64,000 nt of DNA, taken from contig JAPEUI010000006.1 of the NCBI GenBank assembly GCA_026025075.1, forward strand, positions 124,001 to 188,000, read 5' to 3'. Source of the stretch: Vezdaea acicularis. Taxonomy: Eukaryota. Position 1 is the stretch's first letter, and every line of letters begins with the position of its first letter. A program made the position numbers and the translations under genes. The notes under the pieces are model-generated. The model was not told the origin of the DNA. It saw nothing but the letters and a program-made list of their open reading frames with translations, and ran no database searches. Positions 37,069-49,794 of this stretch are shown here, piece by piece.

Positions 37069-38866
37069 TTATGCCGTAACATTGGTCCCAAACGGCCCTA
37101 ACAGCCCGTTCGACTTTGGAAGCGGCACCGTGTCTAAATCCGCCTTATCTCCAAAGACCCAAATCGTATTCATACCTGACAAACGAAGAATCAGCACCAC
37201 CCTCTTATCTCTGAGCATGAGAGACACAATGGAAACGGAATATATACATACCCATGATCATATGCTGCAAAGAATGGCAATGAATGGGCCAAACACCCGG
37301 ACTCTGCACTCTAAGTCTCCACGCCCGCCAGCCGCTCGGCGTGGTCGCCGTCGTGTTCAAGCCATAACGGTACACCATGGTGGTATCCCTTAGCACGGGC
37401 TGGATGCCATCGGCGGCAAGTCGCGCCTCGTTTGCAGTCGCGTTATAGCTGCCATTGCCGCTACCGAGGTCGTAGTAGTGAGCTCCGTGTGCATGGAAGG
37501 GATGAGAGTCCAACCCTCCGGCAGGCTGGGAGCCCGTGTTTTGGAGGACTATCTCGAGCACCTCGCCAATGGAGGCTGGGAAAGTGCGCGTGTTCGGATC
37601 GATGCCGCTTGCTGGGAGGGATGAAGAGGGTGGAGGGAGGTTAGAGGTGTCGTTTGTGTAGAGCGAGAGCAGGTAGGGCGCTGCTGGATGGAAGAGGTCC
37701 TCGGACCAGGGGTATCCATTTTGCGCCCAGATGACGGTTCCATTTACGATTTGTTGGACGGTGATGAGCACGCGCCGGGTGACCGAGGAGGCGGGTGGGA
37801 AGTTGTTATAAGAGAGCGGTGCAAGGTTGTAGTCTGTTAGGGTGGTGTTGGGGAGAGTCAGGGGAGGGACTGCGGGGTTGAGTTCAGTACCAGTGGGGGC
37901 GCTGTAGGTGATTACTGCAAAGGAGGTGTGGACCGCGGGGCGGTCGAGTGTCTTCATCTGGATGTAGTATTTGGTCGTGCCGTTTGCGCGGTCGGCGGCT
38001 AGCTCCTCGGCAGTTTTGGCGTAGAACAGAGTAGAGTAACGCTGCCCACCACCGATTTGAAGGTTCGAGATGCTGAGGCCTTGCGTATAGGAGCCGTCGG
38101 CTTCGATGATGGTCATGTTCTCGTGGCCTTGAACCCCAAGTGAGAGGAAACTTAAGGAGCATGCGGAAATAAAGCGGAAGCGGTATGTCTTTCCTGGCTC
38201 GAGCTGGATCTCTGCAAGGGAGCAAGTAGGCGAGGCTTGCGTTGTATTGGAGATGGCACTTTGCCCGTTAACAAGGACATTGGAGACTTCTCCGGACCAC
38301 TTGAAGGGATCGGAAACCAGGCCTTTCTCAATGTCCGCATCTGTCCTGTTGTATTGGTCTGTCAGGAAAATGACTCGGTCTTCGTCGTATGCGTATGGCG
38401 GAGATCCAACACTTTCTTCCACCACTAATGGACCGTTCGCGCTGACCGCGTGCATCCCTTTTGCATGGGAATGGTAGAAGTAAGAACCCGCACTACCATC
38501 TGGTGGAGTGACCTCGTAGTCGAAGTAGTCACCTGGAATTATTGGCCACTGAGAGACGGTGGATCCGTCCATGTATGGGGACACATTAATGCCATGCCAA
38601 TGCATTGTGACATTCTGATCGAGTACATCGTTATACACACGAATCGTGGTCGTCGCGCCTTCTTTCAGATTTATGCGTGGCCCAGGACTCGTGCCATTGA
38701 TCAAAGCTACATCTGCTTTGTCAATACAAGCTTGAGAAATGTTTTGCTTGCTGACACGTAAGATCAGGTCTGGAACAAAGTTCGTATCATTACTGGTGGA
38801 CTGGCAAGTAACGGAAGAGGCTAGCAAAGCCACCAAGACAGGGAGAGCGAGTACGTTGTACAACAT
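37069..38866 (-). CDS. Secreted multicopper oxidase (ascorbate oxidase/laccase-like); intron 37176-37251
   Basis: Signal peptide and all four copper motifs: HWHG, YHSH, HPFHAHG and HCHSLQHMIMGM. Confidence 0.93.
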
Positions 38867-39746
38867 ACTGGGAACAATGAAAAAGAACTGGAGAGATGAA
38901 ACTAATGAAAGCCAGTCGAGTCTTGCACCACGAGGGCCAGCAAGGCCTGATATATTATCGCAAGCATGAGTATAGATACACTAAAATCCTAAGAGATTGG
39001 AATGTTGTCAGCACAGACAACAACGTTGCACGGGCATCCAGTAGTGGTACAAATCCATCGCGTGGTCGAATAATATCGCTCAGATTGGACATCGTCGACC
39101 GAGCGAGCTTACTGTGCTTGTTACGCCACCGAGGCATGAACCGCGTCTTGAGCAAAGCTCTGCAAAAGTAAGGCATCTTTGGAAGTATCAGAATCTTGCA
39201 GGTTGGTAGGAGACTTGATACTTCGCAGCACGGGCTGCGAAGTGCAGCAGGCACAAGATATCTCACGTAAGATCTTGAACTCGGGAGTGTTCTCCGCATC
39301 TTGAATTTGGGAGTTGGGGAGGGTTCTCCGTATGGACAGACGATGGCGCTAGCTGCGATCACCACACGTGACTATAAGATTATCATCTCACAAACCCTAG
39401 GTCCACATTAAACTTTGTATCTTTGGCCTTACGGCACATTGTATCTGTAACTTAATCGTGGCGAACTTTCTGACGCCCTGCTTCAAGGGCAACGACAACA
39501 GAGACGCCTTTTCAGAGCCATCAAAGAATCAGAGCTCACAAGAGAGGAGCAAAGTGGTATGCGTGACCCATTAAGCAGTCATACATTTCCTTCAACCTAT
39601 CTGAACTAATCGCATCATGCGATCAGTAGTGCAGGCCTTCGATAGAAGTAGCCTTAATTTAACATAAGAAATTGATGATCAGTAGTTCCAAGCTACTCTT
39701 TCAATGACAGAGACCACGTCGACCTTTTAAGCCAATTTACGATATC

Positions 39747-42700
39747 TTAGTGTCCGTAATTGCCTCCTGACCAGCCACCGCGTCCACTCCCGCTGCCGTA
39801 ATAGTTTCCGAACTGTGAGCCGTAACCACCGTATCCACTAGATTGGTGGTTGTGCTGTCCGCCTTGGTGACCTCCTTGATGCCCTCCAAGACCACCGAGC
39901 CCACCGTATTGTCCACCTTGACTGCCATGAAGCTGGTTCAAATGGTTAGGGTAGCCACCGAAGCCTGGTTGGCTCTGCTGAGATTGCGGGGGCGGAAGCC
40001 CTGAGTGACCTTGTTGACCTGGGGCAGATTGAGAAGCAGAACCTGGCCGACCGGGCTGACCTAATGAAGGGCTTGGGCCACCCGCTGGTTTAGGATCGCT
40101 GAATGGTTTGAGGGCATCCTCGCCCGGGGTTTGCTGACCACCCTGCTGCTGATTTTGGCCCTGGAACCCAGAGCGTCCGAACACGTCTGGCATACCACCG
40201 AAAGCCGCGCTTCCTGATTGCTGTTGAGTTTGAGCTTGCGCCGATCCAGATCGACCGTATTCTCCAAGACCACCACCAAGTCCACTATCTCGCCCATGAC
40301 CAGACGGTTGGACAAAGCCCCCAATGTTTGCAGGGGATGATGAATGCTCATATGACGCTTGTGGGGACATGCTATAGCCTTGATGATGCTGGCCATATAT
40401 GCCGCCCTTTCCAGCAAACGGTGCGCCGTAGCCGCCTTGCCCGTAAGGGTACTAAGGTGGAAAGATTAATCTAAGTTTAAGAAGCGTGGGAGGGCAAGGG
40501 GAAAACAAACCTGGTTCATATATGCAGAGTAATACTGGTTATAATATGGATGCGTATACGGATAAGCGCCACCAGCTTGACCCTGTCCTTGTTGAAGATG
40601 AGGTTGCTGTCCTTGAGTGCTCTGGGGTGGTTGCTGGCCAGGAGCAGTAGAGTTTGGTGTGTTTTGACCACTGTTGTGGATGTCACTAGCCTGTGCATAT
40701 CGCGACTGCGGCTGGGGGGCTTGCGAGCTCGGATATTGGGATGTACTGTCAGCCGTCGTCTGTCCAAAGCCACTGGCAGCTCTCTGCTGAGACCCGCCGA
40801 CATCTAGCGAACTTCTTGCGTCTTGATGGCCGTATGGGGACTGATAATAATTCGAAAATCCACCACGGGAGTTGTTGTCTGATGTATAATACGAGGGATA
40901 ATCGCTACCAGCAGATGATTGAGTCCCAATGTGAGATTGCTGCGAAGGTTGCATTTGCGATTGTCCAGCTTGCGTATGGGAGGGATATCCGTCGAGTTCA
41001 CTTTGCTGGGACGGGGCATGGCTCGGCTGACCGAATGCATCGTACGCTTTTGGCGGACTTGATGCTTGCTCCTGAGGTAAAGATTGTTGGTTATAGCGGC
41101 CAAACTGGCTGTATTGATGATTCCCTTGTGAAATCTGTTGGGCCATCATCTGAGATCCAAGCGGTGCTTGAGAAGATGGCTGCTGAGATGTCATGGATTG
41201 TGGCTGCGAAGGAGCAGCAGGAAGCCCAGGTGCTTGAGTGGGTGTGGTGGTATCCGCAACAGGCTGAGCTTGTGATACTGGCGGTAGGGATGCTCTCGGA
41301 TGAGCTACAGGGGAGTGTTGAGGAGGTTGCGCCCGGGTCTCCGCTTCTTCCCTATCATCGTCAACGTCGGGATCATCTCCAGCTCCGTTTAGACCAAGGC
41401 TGCCAAATTGAACTGCGGTGCGGTCAACAGCATGATTTCCAGGCATTATGACTGCTTCTTGCTGATCAAGAACACGTCGCTGGAAGCTGGAAGTGCGACC
41501 AGTCGACCCCGTAGCCTTAAAAGCTGAGACAGCATAACCACTCGTCGGTGGCCTAGACGTTTCCTGTAGCGTAGTTCCGGAGAATGGAGTCCCACGTGGG
41601 TCTTTCGACGTCGCAACGGTGCTAGCTTCCGTGGCAGAAGGTGCAGGACCAGAGACGTCAGGAAGTTGCTCCAAATTCGTTTCTGTCAGCTCATCCTTAG
41701 ATGGGGTGATTACTGGCTCAGCAGCACTAGTAGTCGGAGTCACTGCTTCAGTCAGATCGCTGGCCTCTGCAACGGCTGGCGCTAGAGGAAGTGTCTCGTG
41801 TTCGACTTTCGGCCCCGGCGTAGAGGGACCTAGTGCTTTAGGAGTTGCAGCTGGCACTTTCTTTGGAATGGGCGGGACCACTGGTTTGGAGAAAATGCTT
41901 GCCCAGCTTTTCTTCGGCCCATCCCCCACGATGCTGCTTTTTTGAGGTTCAGGAGTGACTTTAGGAGGCGGCGCTGCGGTCACAGAAACCCACCCATCGG
42001 CAGTTGTTTCTGTACTCGGCGTAGATTCCCAACTATCAGCAACCTTTGAAGTTTCCGATGTGTTATGTTCGTCCGCAGCAACAGGTGCTTGTGGTGTTTC
42101 CTTCACTTCTGCATGTCCTTTGGGAGGTCGACTTCCACTTGTTGGAACGACAGAGCCTCCACGAGCCCCTCTGCCACCGCCACGCCCACGTTCAGACCCA
42201 CGGCTACGGCCACCACGGCTTCCCTCTACACCGCCACGTCCTCGACTTCCTCGGCCAGGAGGTGCGGTAGTCGAGTCGGTCGCACCGGCAGATGCCACAT
42301 CCTTCACCTTCGAACGAGATCGATCTTTCTTTTTGACTTCACCCCACTGGGAGACGGTACCTGTGGCAGACAGACAATTAGCGTTGTCATCGTTCTGACG
42401 GATCACGCGACGGGGGAGGACTGCGTTAATAGTGTGAAAAGATAAGCAAAACGAACCTTCGGTGATTCTTTCAATTGTGCTTTCGATATCTCCATCAGTC
42501 TCTTGTAGTGCGAAAACCAAGTCCTCTTGAGTCCAGTCTGGAAACATTTCCTTTATGGTATTGAGCTGCGACGAATACTTCTTCTTCAACTCGCCTATCT
42601 CGCCCTCATCCTCGACCACTTCGACATGATCTGACTTTGTCCCATTTGTTGTATGTCGACTACCGCGAGAGCCTCTAGAAGAATAGCCACTTCGTCCTCT

Positions 42701-42751
42701 GCCCGAACCTCTTCCACGGGGTGCAGATGGTCGTGCTTGCGTTTCGGACAT
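39747..42751 (-). CDS. DEF1: RNA polymerase II degradation factor Def1 (CUE domain, Q/G-rich tail); introns 42361-42456 and 40452-40510
   Basis: IKEMFPDWTQEDLVFALQETDGDIESTIERITEG, RGG repeats, QQEAVIMPGNHAVDRTAVQFGSLGL and a Q/G/Y-rich C-terminus. Confidence 0.9.
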
Positions 42752-44965
42752 TGTAAACCTTGTGAAGCGGATTGAGAGACGGATTACAAAGGCCTCTCAC
42801 GCTCCAATCAAAGATACTTTCGGTCACGAAGGAGGAGAAGGAGGAAGTTGTTGATGAGGAGCGTTTGTGAAATTGGCAGACTGAGGCTTGAACGTGAGTG
42901 GAACCGCAAGATCCGTTGGAATTCGTTATGCGGCTTGACCGAAACAAATCTCCCGTCCCAAGTTCGATATTCAGGGAGGACTTGAGAGAGGAGGAGGGTG
43001 AAATTCTGGTTTCGTGAATGAAGAAAATGAAACAGTTGGGTAGAGGCGTGGGGGGGAGTTGTGAAGGTTTGAACACGAGCACGACTTCAAGCAACTCAAG
43101 GGGACGCGAAAATGGGGCTAAAGTTTTCTCGTGTTTCCTTCTTCAGGCACGCCAGGTTGCTTCCTCTAAGCGAGGAGCGGTTGGCAGTTTAAGAACCTTC
43201 CACTTCGGACCCTACCAAGCCTATGTTTTACTCAGACAAAACTCTCCCGAGAAGAGACCGTATATCTCTCGGCCTGGAACAAGATCTTCGCCAAAAATTC
43301 TCCCCGATATTTGTACAAAACTTATAAACAACTTCAGACAAAGGTTGGTGCTGCACCACCAAGCCTTGACTGCTCCTCGAGCTATTCGTCACTTAGAATT
43401 TTACTAAAGTTAAAGCTTTCCATCGCCTTAAGAAGCCCATAGGGCGTAGTACATAAATGAGGGGCAATGGCGCGATCACGTTAAAATATCGCTAGCTCCA
43501 TAGACTCCAGAAATAAATGGCCTAGATGTCCTATATGAGACAACTTTAGCAGTCTTAAGTTGCAGTATTTGGCGCACGAACCGACTTTTCAATCGAGTCG
43601 ACCTCAGACACAGGCGTAGGAAAACGCCAGTCCAATACCTTACGGTATGTTACGTCTGGAAATACATGGTTGTTGGTGAAGGATTTAGATGGGCTACCTC
43701 TTCTTAGGCCTAGAGGACTTTGTGCTTCGAGATTCATCTTTATCCATATCATTGATATGGGGACCTGACAACGCAATCCTGGTTTAAGCCGGGAATAGCT
43801 CTCTAGCTACTATAATGAGCCGCTCTGACATATGGAGAAGAGTCCGTTATGGCAGATGACTTGGACAGTCCTACTCTCAAAGTCGACCCCAATCCAATCA
43901 CTTACGTTGCTCCGTGGATTTGTCGATATTTTCAAGTTGTCCGTCGTCCTTTTAAGTGTCAGGGCCTCTTCACATGGGCGATATCGAGGCTATCTTCAGA
44001 CATCGTGTGAGACGACCGGCATCGCTTGAGTACTCATCATGCTTTGGACGCGTTTGCTTCTACAATTGGAGCCTTAGCTTCCTTTTAAACCCTCGCAAAA
44101 TGGGGCGATGCCTCGGACGATGAGGTTCTTGTCGGATTTCTTGATCGCAACCTGGAACAGTGAGGGTTATGACACTTGAAAGCCAAATCCACTTAGTTGA
44201 TATCAGGACGGCCAGGGTCGCGGCTGCAACGGCTGTTCCTGCATTAATACCGACTGGGGCAAAGCAAAAAAACGATGCACGGTTCTACCGAGGCGTGGAG
44301 CGGAGCTTATCTGGGGAACAAGTTCGCGCCAACGAAAGCGGCACCCGCGCACCCCCGCCGAAACCTTGCATCATCAAATCTGATCCAGCTCCTCTGGCCC
44401 CTTCATGGGCGCTACGGATTCCGGCTCAGCAACAATCTTGCTTAGAGCCAATCAATCCCGAGCCTCGAGACTCGCCAAGTTTCCGTTGCTGCAACGAGCA
44501 CGACTCTTGTCCCTTTCAGCTGGTTATGCTCTGACGCTCCAATGTCGTCATCCGGGGGTAGCGGTAGCCAGACTACATCGGAGCTGTGGTTGACGTCGAG
44601 GCTGACGCTTTTGCGTGCATTCATGTGGTTCGGCCGCAATATTAAACAAGCTTTCCTACTTTGCTCTTAATTTACTCGCATTCCGTCAATCTTGCTGTTG
44701 GCTCTCTCAATTCTCGGCACAAAGTCCGATCGACCTTTCACCACAATTTCCAGCCTCCCCGCGTCGCGCTACCTCAAGTCCCTGAATACTTGTCGCATCG
44801 CGCTCTCATTCTTGTCTACCCATTCCATCTCTGTCCACTGTTATCTTCTTCCACCGTCGCCGCACGCATCTGTCTCTTCTACTTACTCGGCCAGCGCTCT
44901 TTATACGCTGCCCTTTTTGAATCCAACATTTCTGATCTCTCTCAATCTATCTTGACGTCATCAAG

Positions 44966-45666
44966 ATGACCGATATTAAGGAAGGTGATAAAGGTAAATC
45001 AATATGCTGCTCATTAAAGGAGAATTGAACTCATCAATCGCAGTATCCTGGTCTTGGGGTTCAGGCAAACCAAGCGGAAAGGTGGCTGAAGTTAAGGATA
45101 AGGGCGAAATCGCCATTCAGTCTAAGAAAGGGAACACCATTAAGAAGAATGCCGACCCAAGCAACCCAGCTGTTCACATTGCGTACGTCTACCTATGATC
45201 TTGCTCACTGCTCAAGTATCGCGACGAGCGTATCGCGTCTATATATACTAATGGTGCGAGTAGTCGTAGCGGCAACGATGTTGTAAAGCGTGCTAGTGAG
45301 CTTGACAAGGATGCTGATGGTGGCGGATCTAAGAAGACCACGAACGGCTCTAAGAGTGAGCATGACGAGGGAGTAAAGAGCAAGGAGAAAGAAGAAGAGC
45401 AGGGGCAAGGGGAAGAAAAAGAAGAGTCTAAGGCTGGCGAAAAGCGCGGCGCCGAGGGTGAGGCAGAGAAGCCAAAGGCAAACACCAAAAAGCAGAAGAC
45501 TAATGGAGCCAAAGCTTCGGAGAAGCAGGCCAAGACCAACGGTATTACTTCTAACGAGAAAAAGAAGGGTGGAAGACCTAAAGGTGCAGCTCCTAAGAAG
45601 GAGAAGAAGGTAGCGGAGCCTGTCAAGGGCAGTATTGGAACGCGTACCCGGTCTAGGGCGAAATAG
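44966..45666 (+). CDS. Hva1-like Tudor domain (DUF2945) protein; introns 44994-45043 and 45183-45263
   Basis: Spliced MTDIKEGDKVSWSWGSGKPSGKVAEV...NADPSNPAVHIARSGNDVVKRASEL followed by a K/E-rich tail. Confidence 0.85.
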
Positions 45667-46231
45667 ATGGTTTGCTCCAAATTGGAAAGAGCTCGATTGG
45701 AGAATCTCATGATGTATACTACATTTGGACATGGATGCGGAGGTCGGTGTGAAACTTGTTATGCGACCTAGAACCTATGTAATAGTAAAGCGTTTGAATT
45801 GAATTCATTACCTACTAGATCAGCCAATTTCCTCATCGTGTACTATTTTGTCGTACAAAGAGAAAGCCTTATGTGCTAGGTTCTCGCTTTATTGTTATCC
45901 ATTGGTCTCATTTGATGACGATCATACTGAAAATTGATGTTTTGCTGGATGGGATATGCGCAATCTTCCATTGGCGACCTGTATCACGTAGTGCCCAACG
46001 AGCCTCAGCGGTACTCATTCGTTGCGAGTGCATCGTGGAGCGGAACACTGATCATGCATGGATCCCGCCGCTTTCGAGTTCCTTACAAGTAAGCTTTCTG
46101 ACGAGAGTGTCTCTCAAAACACCATCTACCCGATCGTTACACCCATTTGAAGTGCACCTTACACCACCAGCAACTGAGCACGGTGACCGATTCAAGGGAG
46201 ATCATGCGTGAAAACTGATTTGACGCTCCCA

Positions 46232-47879
46232 ATGCGAGCCGCTTCGGGCATAATCACCAACAGAAAACTTCGAAAGCTTACTTGTAGGCTCGTGGTACTA
46301 CTTGCATTGATGTTTGGGTTCTATCTTCACCAGGTCTGGAGCGCAGCCACTTCATACTTTCCGCTCTGCGAAGATGGTACCGACAAAGCTGGAGCTCTAT
46401 GTGGGATCTTGTCGAGCTATTTGACGCTTTGCCAGTTGTAAGATTCACTCTCAAGTTCTCAACATTTTCTTCATTGGGCGATCTTGTATATTATAAGAGC
46501 TGACGAGGGGCAATTCAAGGTTTCAAGCCACCCCAGAACATCACAATGCTCTATGCCAATCTGGATCTCATAACGATGTGTGCCAACCTGGACGACAGAC
46601 TTCTCACTTTTGGGGTCAATACGCCCCGTACTTCCCGGTAGCGTCGACAATATCGCCCGATGTCCCCAAAGACTGCAACATAACATTCGCACAAGTCCTT
46701 TCACGTCACGGAGCCCGAGACCCGACCTTGGGAAAGACCATAGTTTATAAAATTACAATTAGTAAGATTAAAGAGAATATCCACTCCTACACGGGGAAAT
46801 ATGCCTTTCTGGCTGACTATGAATACGCCCTCGGAGCTGACGAACTCACCCTCTTCGGCGAACAACAAATGGTCGACTCTGGCATTGACTTCTACAACCG
46901 CTACCAAAGACAGGCAAGACACCACCAACCTTTCGTTAGAGCATCAGGTCAGAACCGCGTCGTCATGTCCGCCCAGAATTTCACACAGGGCTTCCACCAA
47001 GCCAAGCTCGCTGACGCAGGGCCAAGGGGCAAAGAGAAATACCCATACCCCATCCTGACAATCAGCGAGGCACCGGACTCAAATAACACGCTCCATCATG
47101 GCCTCTGCACCGAATTCGAAGACGGCGCCCCTTACGATACTATCGCCTTTGTGGCACAGCAAGCCTGGCTGTCCACATGGCTCCCGCTTGTGACTGCCCG
47201 TCTGAACACCGACCTCATAGGCGCCGGCCTTGTGGACGCAGATGTCATATATCTAATGGACCTGTGCCCCTTTGAGACTGTTGCCTCCCCTACAGGGAAA
47301 ACTTCCCCCTTCTGCGCCCTCTTCACGGACGACGAGTGGCATAAGTACGACTACTACCAATCTCTCGGCAAGTTCTACGGCTACGGCAAGGGTAACCCAC
47401 TTGGCCCCACACAAGGTGTAGGCTTTGTGAACGAGCTGATTGCGCGGATGGCACACGAGCCTGTACGGGACGAAACGAGCGTCAACCACACCCTGGATGA
47501 CGATTCGAAGACTTTCCCAATCGGGAAGGAAACGGTCTTGTATGCGGACTTTAGCCATGACAACGACATGACGTCTGCTTTCTTCGCATTGGGACTATAT
47601 GGTGATACGCAGCCGTTGAGTAATACAACGCTGCAGAATACTAGGGAGACGAGCGGATACTCGGCGGCGTGGACGGTGCCATTCGCGGGCCGGGTATATG
47701 TGGAAAAGATGCAATGTCGGGGCTCGGACGAGGAGTTGGTGAGGATCTTGGTTAACGGTAGGGTAATACGCCTCCAGGGGTGCAGTGCAGATGAATTGGG
47801 CAGATGCACTCTTAGCAAGTGGCTGGATTCTCTAAGCTTTGCGAGAAGTGGAGGTGAATGGGGCAAGTGCTTCGTGTGA
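46232..47879 (+). CDS. Histidine acid phosphatase / 3-phytase A-like (5' exon structure uncertain)
   Basis: WGQYAPYF, catalytic SRHGARDP and YADFSHDN. The main exon is open from about 46520 to the stop at 47879. Confidence 0.88.
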
Positions 47880-48059
47880 CAGCGCAGCGAAAGAGCAACA
47901 ATAATACTAAAAGGATGTATGTATATAACAGCATCTTTAAATATGTTGCTGCATACCCGCAGGAAAGACCGGTGACTCCCAGATTCCCAGACTCCCCAAA
48001 CTTCCTCAGCCAACCAGCGTCTCATGTCCGCTATTACAAGAAAATGCCAAAAGAGATAC

Positions 48060-49231
48060 TCATACTTCGCTACCAAGACTGATATCCGCACCCTCACTGC
48101 TCTTCTTCGCCGCAGCCATCTGCCAAGCCGGAATCGCCGCCCTGTTCCCAGACTGCGGCTTGAACGGCATCGGAGCCTCCTTCGTCGCTGTGGAGCTACC
48201 AGCATCATTCTCCCTACTCTCGCCATTTGTAATGGCCTCCGCATTCCCATTTGGCGTGGCTGCTCCCGAAGCAATCCCATTTGTGCCCATGGCTGAGAAT
48301 GGCTTCTGCTGCTGTCCGGCCCCAATCCTGTTTCCCACCAACGTCTTTAGACTTTTTAATTCGGCATTCAAATCCTTCAACCGCCCATCCGTAGCGCCCT
48401 TCTCCTCGCGAATCGCCTTGGGGATCAGCTCCTTCAGCGCACGAATCTCATCCCCAACCCGTCTACTATCGTCTTCTCTCCTCCGATTGACGAGTTTCAG
48501 CTCAGACACCACGGTCGAGACTTCGGCTAGGGCGGTATCAAGCCGTTCCGTGCGCGCCTTTTCCGACATTTTGAGTTCTTCCGTGTCTTTGCATAGTTGG
48601 TCGAGAAGCGTGAAGGCTTGCGTGAAGGAGGCATCGATGGCGGCTTTGTCGGCTTCGAGTTGGGGAGGTGTAGGGGGGGCAATTAAGGGGGCGATATATC
48701 GTTTTGCGACCACGAACATCCCGTACCCTACGCCGCCGACGACTGTCGCCATTATGAACCAGTCCCGCCAGTCTCGTCTTGGAATTCTAGTGAAAAAGTT
48801 TAGGTTATCTGTAGCTCAGTTGAACTTTAGTGACGCGTGCTTACAGTGGCGGTTGTGCTTGTTGTTGCCAGTAGCCCCCTTGATAGGGAGCCTGCTGATA
48901 CTGCCGCGCTGCCGACTGGCCGACATAGCTAGGTTGAGGCGATGTGGGAATACCCTGTGAGGGGTTCGTTCTCTCTTGTGTTCGTGCTAAGGCGGTATCT
49001 ATCTCTTCCTGTGTGAGGTTCTTTGATCTGAGAAACGCGATTCGGCTCTCTATCGGGGATGAGGATGTGCCTGGATCCAGAAGGACTAAGGTTGATGAGT
49101 TTGTTAGTTGATAGTTCCTCGGATTCAATGGGCTTGTATCACATACAGTCTACCTGCAAAGGAATTAGTTATGCCTAGAGTGGGGGCGGGTGAAGACTTA
49201 CCGCAGATGCGACAAGCTCTTCTCGGACCAT
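48060..49231 (-). CDS. PEX14: Peroxisomal docking protein Pex14; includes a 7-nt microexon at 49147-49153
   Basis: Spliced MVREELVASAVDFLLDP...IESRIAFLRSKNLTQEEID, RDWRDWFIMATV transmembrane region, coiled coil and AAIPAWQMAA. Confidence 0.95.
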
Positions 49232-49794
49232 GTTGCCCGTAATCGCTACGCTATGAGCGCGACAGGATACTGACCGCCTTCAGTACCAACAGTAGTCCGT
49301 GATGCTTCTTAAGGAAAGCCTGCAGATGCCTCAAAGAGTGAGATTGATGTTCGTATCACGCCACGAAGCCAGGATGAATTCCAGCGTCATGCTATCCAAA
49401 ATCCGGTGGTCGGGCCAATAGCCGAGGCTTGTGACAATGTCACGTGATACCTAAGTGATCATGATTATTTCCCCCTTATAATTTCCCATACTAAATGTTT
49501 AGATCAGCACATGGATTAGTGTGCAATCCTGTAGCTTCTCATCATAGTTTGAGAAGTATACATATGGATGTCTGAAGGGAATTTTCAAGGGGCTGGCGAA
49601 TCAGAGCTCGGTAATCTTTGTTTACATCAACAGAGGGTTCGGTTGCGCCCAAGTAACATTCGATCTCGAAACCCTGCTACGAGTCGCAACATCAATATAA
49701 GTCTACATCACTCAAAACATCTATCAGATATCTGCACCTTTTCACAAGATCGCTACAAAGTTTTCGCATAGTTTGCATCAAGACAGCTGCGACA

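Noticed and set aside
35645..38866. Reductase plus multicopper oxidase as a secondary-metabolite cluster
   Set aside because: No PKS/NRPS, transporter or pathway regulator nearby; flanked by housekeeping genes.
43555..44030. Short ORFs and a GTAAGT donor between DEF1 and the DUF2945 gene
   Set aside because: No ATG-initiated spliced reading frame could be assembled; all upstream frames are blocked by stops.
47381..48960. Long antisense ORFs (314 aa, 266 aa) over phytase and PEX14
   Set aside because: Shadow ORFs of real genes in GC-rich coding sequence, with no independent protein features.
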